From: Nemertoderma westbladi
Taxonomy: Eukaryota; Animalia; Xenacoelomorpha
Assembly: GCA_032718475.1 (NCBI GenBank)
Contig: JAUCBJ010004376.1
Span: forward strand, 1 to 40,824
Direction of reading: 5' to 3'
Length of the DNA: 40,824 nt
Numbering within the stretch: the stretch's first letter is position 1; each line of letters opens with the position of its first letter. Both the position numbers and the translations under genes were made by a program. The notes under the pieces are model-generated. The model did no database searches. It worked only from the letters and a program-made list of their open reading frames with translations, and was not told the DNA's origin. Positions 33,970 through 40,824 of this stretch are shown here, one piece after another.

Positions 33970-34921
33970 ACACGGTGTACAACAGTCCATCTCGTTGGGT
34001 ACCCTATACCCACCCAACACGGTGTACAACTAACAGTCCATCTCGTTGGGTACCCTATACCCACCCAACACGGTGTACAACTAACAGTCCATCTCGTTGG
34101 GTACCCTATACCCACCCAACACGGTGTACAACAGTCCATCTCGTTGGGTACCCTATACCCACCCAACACGGTGTACAACAGTCCATCTCGTTGGGTACCC
34201 TATACCCACCCAACACGGTGTACAACAGTCCATCTCGTTGGGTACCCTATACCCACCCAACACGGTGTACAACAGTCCATCTCGTTGGGTACCCTATACC
34301 CACCCAACACGGTGTACAACAGTCCATCTCGTTGGGTACCCTATACCCACCCAACACGGTGTACAACAGTCCATCTCGTTGGGTACCCTATACCCACCCA
34401 ACACGGTGTACAACTAACAGTCCATCTCGTTGGGTACCCTATACCCACCCAACACGGTGTACAACAGTCCATCTCGTTGGGTACCCTATACCCACCCAAC
34501 ACGGTGTACAACAGTCCATCTCGTTGGGTACCCTATACCCACCCAACACGGTGTACAACAGTCCATCTCGTTGGGTACCCTATACCCACCCAACACGGTG
34601 TACAACAGTCCATCTCGTTGGGTACCCTATACCCACCCAACACGGTGTACAACAGTCCATCTCGTTGGGTACCCTATACCCACCCAACACGGTGTACAAC
34701 AGTCCATCTCGTTGGGTACCCTATACCCACCCAACACGGTGTACAACAGTCCATCTCGTTGGGTACCCTATACCCACCCAACACGGTGTACAACAGTCCA
34801 TCTCGTTGGGTACCCTATACCCACCCAACACGGTGTACAACAGTCCATCTCGTTGGGTACCCTATACCCACCCAACACGGTGTACAACAGTCCATCTCGT
34901 TGGGTACCCTATACCCACCCA
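33970..34921 (+). repeat. Homogeneous 47-bp minisatellite, 20 copies
   Basis: Unit ACACGGTGTACAACAGTCCATCTCGTTGGGTACCCTATACCCACCCA; three units carry a 4-bp TAAC insertion (952 = 20x47 + 12). Confidence 0.98.
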
Positions 34922-35487
34922 GTGACCCAATGGAGCAACATTAATTTGTTATAGAATAAGAAGCCTAATATTTATATAATTAGTGTTTACCAATTTGCCA
35001 TAATGCTTTACTTGCCTTCCATTAAATTAAACTACATCATTAAATCAAACTACAACTACTATATTAATAACGTCGTTAAAATAACGTTCAATTTAAAATG
35101 AAAATCATATTCTACATTATTACCATGCAATAAATAATTATTGTAATCCCGGAACATGTTTTATAACATTTCAAACAATAATATTTAAATATTAGTTCAA
35201 GAATAACCAATATTTAAACAAAATTCCTGTTTACCAATATGCCAAATTGCTTAACTTGCTATTCATTAAATTAAACTAATACAGTATAAGCCTATTTAAC
35301 GTCGTTGGAAAATATAACTACATGCATGTTAAATAGAGACGGTGCTGTATGTGTAGGGGGTTTGAAAAATTTATTTAATTTAAAACATTACGGGAATGGA
35401 GCAGGTTACAGGGGCGGGGTTTTCTAACCAACTATAAACGAGACTTTATTTCACTTGCGGTCAATTTCCGCTGAAGATCACTATATA

Positions 35488-35720
35488 GGGTCAGAGTAAA
35501 ACGCGGATCCGGATTCTACATTTAACATTGTCGCTACGGAAGTCTATTTTTTTTACATTTTTATAACTCCCAAAAATAAAACTACAGTATAACCTGTTCT
35601 ATTGACTTTAGTTTATTGTTTTGGTTAAAATAACGTGCCACTGTAACCTGCTCCTTTCCCTTAATTGATAATTTTTGGAATCCGGATCCGCGTTTTTTTT
35701 ATTGCAAGTTTTATGAGCCC
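35488..35720. mobile_element. Small MITE carrying the shared central motif
   Basis: AAAACGCGGATCCGGATTC (35498) / GAATCCGGATCCGCGTTTT (to about 35696); internal GTTTATTGTTTTGGTT..CTGTAACCTGCTCCTTT. Outer limits approximate. Confidence 0.65.
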
Positions 35721-35910
35721 TCAACCCCAAGTTAGAGCAATAAGGGCAACCTACTGTAGGCCTACAGTACTGTGAGTTTAAGGTGGATCCTACAGTACAT
35801 TGTTGAAATCCCTTTCAGTAATCATTAATCAATTAAGTACAGTAGTAGTGCACTCAGCTTTGCGCGTCTATTCGTTGACCCGTGGTACAGCATACAGTAA
35901 GAGGTCAGTA

Positions 35911-36087
35911 TGTTGGACGATATCCAAACTTATGCCTACAGTAGGCCTACAGTTCGTACGTGTTTACATAAATACATGAATCTTGCCTGTTGTAATTTCG
36001 TGTAGAAGACGACTCAACACAAAATTACAACGTAAACACGTACGAACTGTAGGCCCACTGTAGTGTAAGTTTGGATATCGTCCAACA
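35911..36087. mobile_element. Short inverted-repeat element (about 57-bp arms)
   Basis: TGTTGGACGATATCCAAACTTA..CTACAGT.GGCCTACAGTTCGTACGTGTTTAC is mirrored at about 36032-36087; no TSD seen. Confidence 0.75.
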
Positions 36088-36396
36088 TTTAATTCTATGG
36101 ACGCAGATCGTGTTATAATAATGACTTGTAGCCATTGCTTGCGGATAATAGTGCAATTAAAACAAAGTTTTTTTTATCGATTAAATTAAATGTTCGTACA
36201 AATAATTCCTGCGAAACCTGCCAACTCTTGCAGAATTCAAAACACAGACAAATTAGTTATAAAATTAATTTTAGTGTGATTACTGTAGTACCGATTACTG
36301 GAGATCAGTTTGTGAGTATTGAATACACATACATATCAGATAGTCTGCCAGCTAGTGGGTGAGTATTAAGGAGTACTGGGTTAAGTAGAGTTCAGC

Positions 36397-36758
36397 TATG
36401 GCATACATTTAGTATCAATATTCAATAATTTAATACGAGTGATTTTATTGATCGTTTTAATTGATTTTTGCCATGCTGAATTATTTCGATTGATATTATT
36501 GGTCGTTTTAATAATGTTTCAAAACTGCATTAATAAATTATAGGTCGTAATAAATGTGATCAGCTGACAGTGAATTATTTCGACGTATAATTATAGGATA
36601 TATTTAAAACAATCAATATTATATAATATAATATAACAAATATTTATATATATATTTATATTTATTTATTTAATAATATAATAACAAATATTTAAAACGA
36701 TCAATAATATAACTCGTATTAAATTATTAAAAAATATTGATACTAAATATATGCCATA
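36397..36758. mobile_element. MITE with TATGG termini and 6-bp TSD (TTCAGC), IS3EU-like
   Basis: TTCAGC(36391-36396)|TATGGCATACATTTAGTATCAATA ... TATTGATACTAAATATATGCCATA|TTCAGC(36759-36764). TAY..RTA ends with a 6-bp TSD are the IS3EU signature. Confidence 0.75.
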
Positions 36759-36805
36759 TTCAGCTAGTGTGAGGGCTGATTGTAATTTATTACTCACAAT
36801 TACTG

Positions 36806-37250
36806 TAGGGTGAGTGAGGGAGACTTCAACCCCAAAAGTTATAATCGCTCTAAAGAACAGATAAATGAATTTTACAATGCCGTTTTAACTTTATCACATT
36901 ACATTTATGATTGCTATCATTCTGTGAGAGTTTGAGAATTTCAACTCTTAAACTTTTTTAATTAAACCAATTATTCGTATTTTCGAAAAAGCGTCAAGTC
37001 TCCCTCATTGGGGGGAGACAACGAATATTTCATTCGTTGTAAAGGGCAACACTTTACTTTTGAACCCAGAAAAAGTTTATTGACAATAAAACAAAAAATA
37101 TCCAAAAGGTAATAAAACATTGTTGCGCGGGTGTAGCCAACATGTATTTTACACATTTTTGTGTGGTATTGTTAAATAATTTACAATAGTTTTTGAGTTA
37201 TTAAAAAAAATAAAGTCTCCCCTAAAGTCAAGTCTCCCTCACTCACCCTA
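36806..37250. mobile_element. MITE, Tc1/pogo-like
   Basis: TAGGGTGAGTGAGGGAGACTT / AAGTCTCCCTCACTCACCCTA, a perfect 21-bp inverted repeat including the terminal TA; internal AAGTCTCCC copies. Confidence 0.8.
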
Positions 37251-38297
37251 GTGTAAGTAGTACTCTGTATTATAAAGTTTATTTAGTGTGAGTGCTGAGT
37301 GTTATAGATCGTAGCTAGTGTGAGTACCGAATATTCAGCTAGTGTGAGTATTATTCAGTCACTGAGTAAGCCTAGTAAGCCTACCTGACTGATCTGGATT
37401 TTCTGATTACTCTTACATATGAGTACTGCAGTTGGGTATTCTCAGCGAGATTTGGTTTCCTCATGAAACCAAATCTGGTTTCACTCTTACTCTAAATTGA
37501 AACCAAATCTGGTTTCCTTTGAGATCTCAGGACATCAAAGGATGCCCGACTTTGCTACTGGGATATGAGTGACATGTATCTGAGAGTCAATTGCCTAACA
37601 ACAAGCACTGCAGCACTGGCTGGAAGTTGGTGCTCTTCTATCTGTCTATTTCATGTATTTAGCCCTGAGGCCATGTTCTCCTGTAGGAAGGTACCTCTGT
37701 TTACAGTAGGTACCTAAACTAAGGCTTTGCTTTATATACACCAGAGTCTTGGGTAGCTAGCTGGCTAGCACAGCATTGCCCAAGGCTAATAATATACCAT
37801 AGCCAAGGCAGGTTATTAACCTCCAACCCGCAATAGTCCACAGTCCTTACAGCCTTAATCAGTTACTATTATATCCCTATAGGGATAGTTAGTTTTATTG
37901 TGTAGCCAAACCTGTTGCTGCCTGGCTGCTGTGTGTTGGTGTGGAAGTAATTAATTGGTGGTCTAGAGTAAGGAGAGACAAGAGAGTGGGTTTAACAGTT
38001 TAATGTGGAATATGGCTATTGCTATTAATCTCTATGCTTATATGGCTGCAGCCCAATATTGCCAGATATTGGTGATTGGTATTGGGTTTTAGTTAAGTTC
38101 CCAGGTACCTGGCTCTGGCAGCCTGGACAAACGACCAAAGGACATATGTTCCGCGGGACTGTATGTTCCCGGACATTATGTTCCCAAAAAATACCAAAAA
38201 TGTGGGAACATAGGCCTATATTCTGTCCGAGTGTCCGACAGTAATAATGCAAACATAATGTCCGGAAACATATAATAAATAGGTAATCATAATATTA

Positions 38298-39115
38298 GGG
38301 TGTAAACGTTAAGCAGACAGTGGTGCAGACAGTGGTGCAGACACCTGGTGCGGACAGTGGTGCAGACACCTGGTGCGGACAGTGGTGCAGACACCTGGTG
38401 CTGGTACGGACAGTGGTGCAGACACCTGGTGCTGGTACGGACAGTGGTGCAGACACTGGTGCAGACAGTGGTGCAAACAGTGGTGCATGGTGCAGACACT
38501 GGTGCAGACAGTGGTGCAGACACTGGTGCAGACAGTGGTGCACACAGTGGTGCAGGCAGTGGTGCAGACACCTGGTGCGGACAGTGGTGCAGACAGTGGT
38601 GCAGGCAGTGGTGCAGACACCTGGTGCAGACAGTGGTGCAGACACTGGTGCAGACAGTGGTGCAGACAGTGGTACAGACAGTGGTGCAGACAGTGGTGCA
38701 GACAGTGGTGCAGGCAGTGGTGCAGACACCTGGTGCGGACAGTGGTGCAGGCAGTGGTGCAGACACCTAGTGCGGACAGTGGTGCAGACAGTGGTGCAGG
38801 CAGTGGTGCAGACACCTGGTGCAGACAGTGGTGCAAACAGTGGTGCATGGTGCAGACACTGGTGCAGACAGTGGTGCAGACAGTGGTGCAGACAGTGGTG
38901 CACACAGTGGTGCATGCAGTGGTGCAGGCAGTGGTGCAGACACCTGGTGCAGACAGTGGTGCAGACACTGGTGCAGACAGTGGTGCAGACAGTGGTGCAG
39001 ACAGTGGTGCAGACAGTGGTGCAGACAGTGGTGCAGACAGTGGTGCAGACAGTGGTGCACACAGTGGTGCAGGCAGTGGTGCAGGCAGTGGTGCAGACAC
39101 CTGGTGCAGACAGAC
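38298..39115 (+). repeat. Left arm of the MULE-like MITE with expanded 12-bp GTGGTGCAGACA array
   Basis: Starts GGGTGTAAACGTTAAGCAGACA as at 21861; about 800 bp of 12/13-bp units; right arm not seen. Confidence 0.92.
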
Positions 39116-39599
39116 TATCATTTTATCATATTTATTATCTACAAATATGCAAGTAACTACTGACTACTGAAAGATTGTACATGAAGTAGGGAGGACGTAT
39201 GTAGTACAAGCCGGGGTGCGTGCGGGTGAATGTGCCCTGACTGCCTGATTACAAATAATGATAAGTGTGTGTACGAATATAAATAGTCGGTATTCCCGTT
39301 TTCATATAAACAATAATGTCTATAATAATAATAAATAATGTCTAACAAGTAATGAGGTTTAAGCGACAGTGTTTGTTTGTTTATACATGGCCTACTTTAT
39401 TCAGAGTATGTTTATTTATTTATTTCTTTATTTACCGCAGGCAACATATGGAAAATATAATATTATATTATAATCGCACAATCAGCGCATATCGTCTACC
39501 TACGCTACAGCACAATAATTAAGTATGCAATTGATTATGTATGTATGTACTTAGTAATACTAATAATTCGCTAAATTAACAGATTTTCGGAATTGCACA

Positions 39600-40824
39600 T
39601 TTCAAAATTTCTAGAACTATGCAACGCGGTGTAACGATATACAGCATTTTACAATATAATTTCTGGAACATTTTATCCTACGATATAAACTTTGAATTGC
39701 TTTCAAACGTAAATGAATGAAGCACGGAATATTGTTGCAACCAAAGAAATATGACATACTAGAACCTACAGAGATGAAAAATAGCTTTCTTGCTGCATTA
39801 TTGTCTGATGCTACCCTTAACCGATTATAGACAACAGATGAATAGTTCCTACGTGACCATAGAGCATTGCAATATAGTGGAGTTATAAACGCTAGAAATA
39901 AACGAACTTTCACTGCAACGGTACAGAACAGGTACTAAATTTTCTAAACAACGTATTTGTACGGGCGTACATACTACCTATTTGTTTCTTAATGTCAAGA
40001 TCATCATCACGTGATTCGTGTATTATATGACCTAAATATGTAAATTTATCAGTTCTAGAAATAACACGCTGAGTATAAATATATGTGCAGCTATTGTACT
40101 TAAGTTACAAGATTTCGGGCACAAAAACATTACCTTAGTCTTCTTTAAATTAAACAATATAGAATGTGAAATTGCATAATCCTGACACACATTAACTAAC
40201 TTTTGTAAACCTATAAGTGAATTTGACATTAAACCAATGTCGTCTGCATACATTGTATGATTAATCCTTTGACCATTAATTGAACAACCTACGTTAGCCA
40301 TTATAAGTTTACGGGATAAGTCGTCCATGTAAACATTAAATAAATAACCAGATAATATTCCGCCTTGCTTCACGCCATTAAACACTGCAAACGTTCTGGA
40401 ATATGTAGCACCCCAGCGCACTTGTAATGTTTGATGTCGGTACCAAAAGGCTAAAATACGCACCAAATAGAGTGGTACATTCCTATTTATTAATTTCTGA
40501 AAAAGTTTATCGTGCTCTATTCTGTCAAATGCTTTAGATGCATCCAAGAAACAAATATACATAGGAGAATCATTATCTAAGTAATAATCTATAACCTCTT
40601 TCAGAGTATATACACAAAGCTCGGTACCGCTATTTGCCTTATATGTGAATTGGTGATCGCTACAAATTAAGAAAGACTGCACTCTAGATAATAAAATACG
40701 TTCAAATATCTTACTTATTGCTGTTGAAATAGCAACGGGCCGATAGTTTGATTTCTCATCTATAGCACCGTTTTTATCTTTAATGATAGGTACAATAATA
40801 CTACGAATAATGGAACTTGGTGTT
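39600..40824 (-). mobile_element. Non-LTR retrotransposon ORF2 (RT and C-terminus), RTE-X-like, frameshifted, running off the window
   Basis: Frame open from the window edge: IVPIIKDKNG...SNYRPVAISTAISKIFERI..CFLDASKAFDRI..NGVKQGGILSGYLFNVYMDDL..INHTMYADDIGL..FNLKKTKVM; continues in other frames (FTYLGHII..DIKKQIGSMYARTNTL; VKVRLFLAFITPLYCNALW). Clade is tentative. Confidence 0.9.

Noticed and set aside
33970-34921. CRISPR array, or the 316/266-aa ORFs
   Set aside because: Units are contiguous with no unique spacers and no cas genes; the ORFs only reflect a stop-free repeat unit.

Overview
AT-rich eukaryotic (animal-type) genomic DNA; no prokaryotic operons, rRNA or CRISPR. There are two intact single-exon genes: an effector-type caspase (395-1435, +) with an unusual acidic loop insertion, and a four-RRM polypyrimidine tract-binding protein homologue (26751-28559, +). 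The rest is mostly transposon-derived: truncated LINEs (RTE with a 13-bp TSD, CR1/L2-like, RTE-X-like), a tRNA/Deu-type SINE, a Helentron-type HINE, many nested non-autonomous TIR elements (hAT-, MULE-, IS3EU-, Tc1/pogo- and Crypton-like) and satellites grown from their parts. Most unusual signals: (1) a minimal hammerhead ribozyme replacing the anticodon arm of a tRNA-like Pol III unit (4880-4983); (2) TIR elements with CAGTC ends and 5-bp TSDs, plus a matching pervasive NNNNN-CAG/CTG-NNNNN scar seen by comparing paralogous copies in the window; (3) two HDV-like ribozyme-shaped folds sharing the same non-canonical P3/L3. All calls were made by eye, with no database searches or folding programs.
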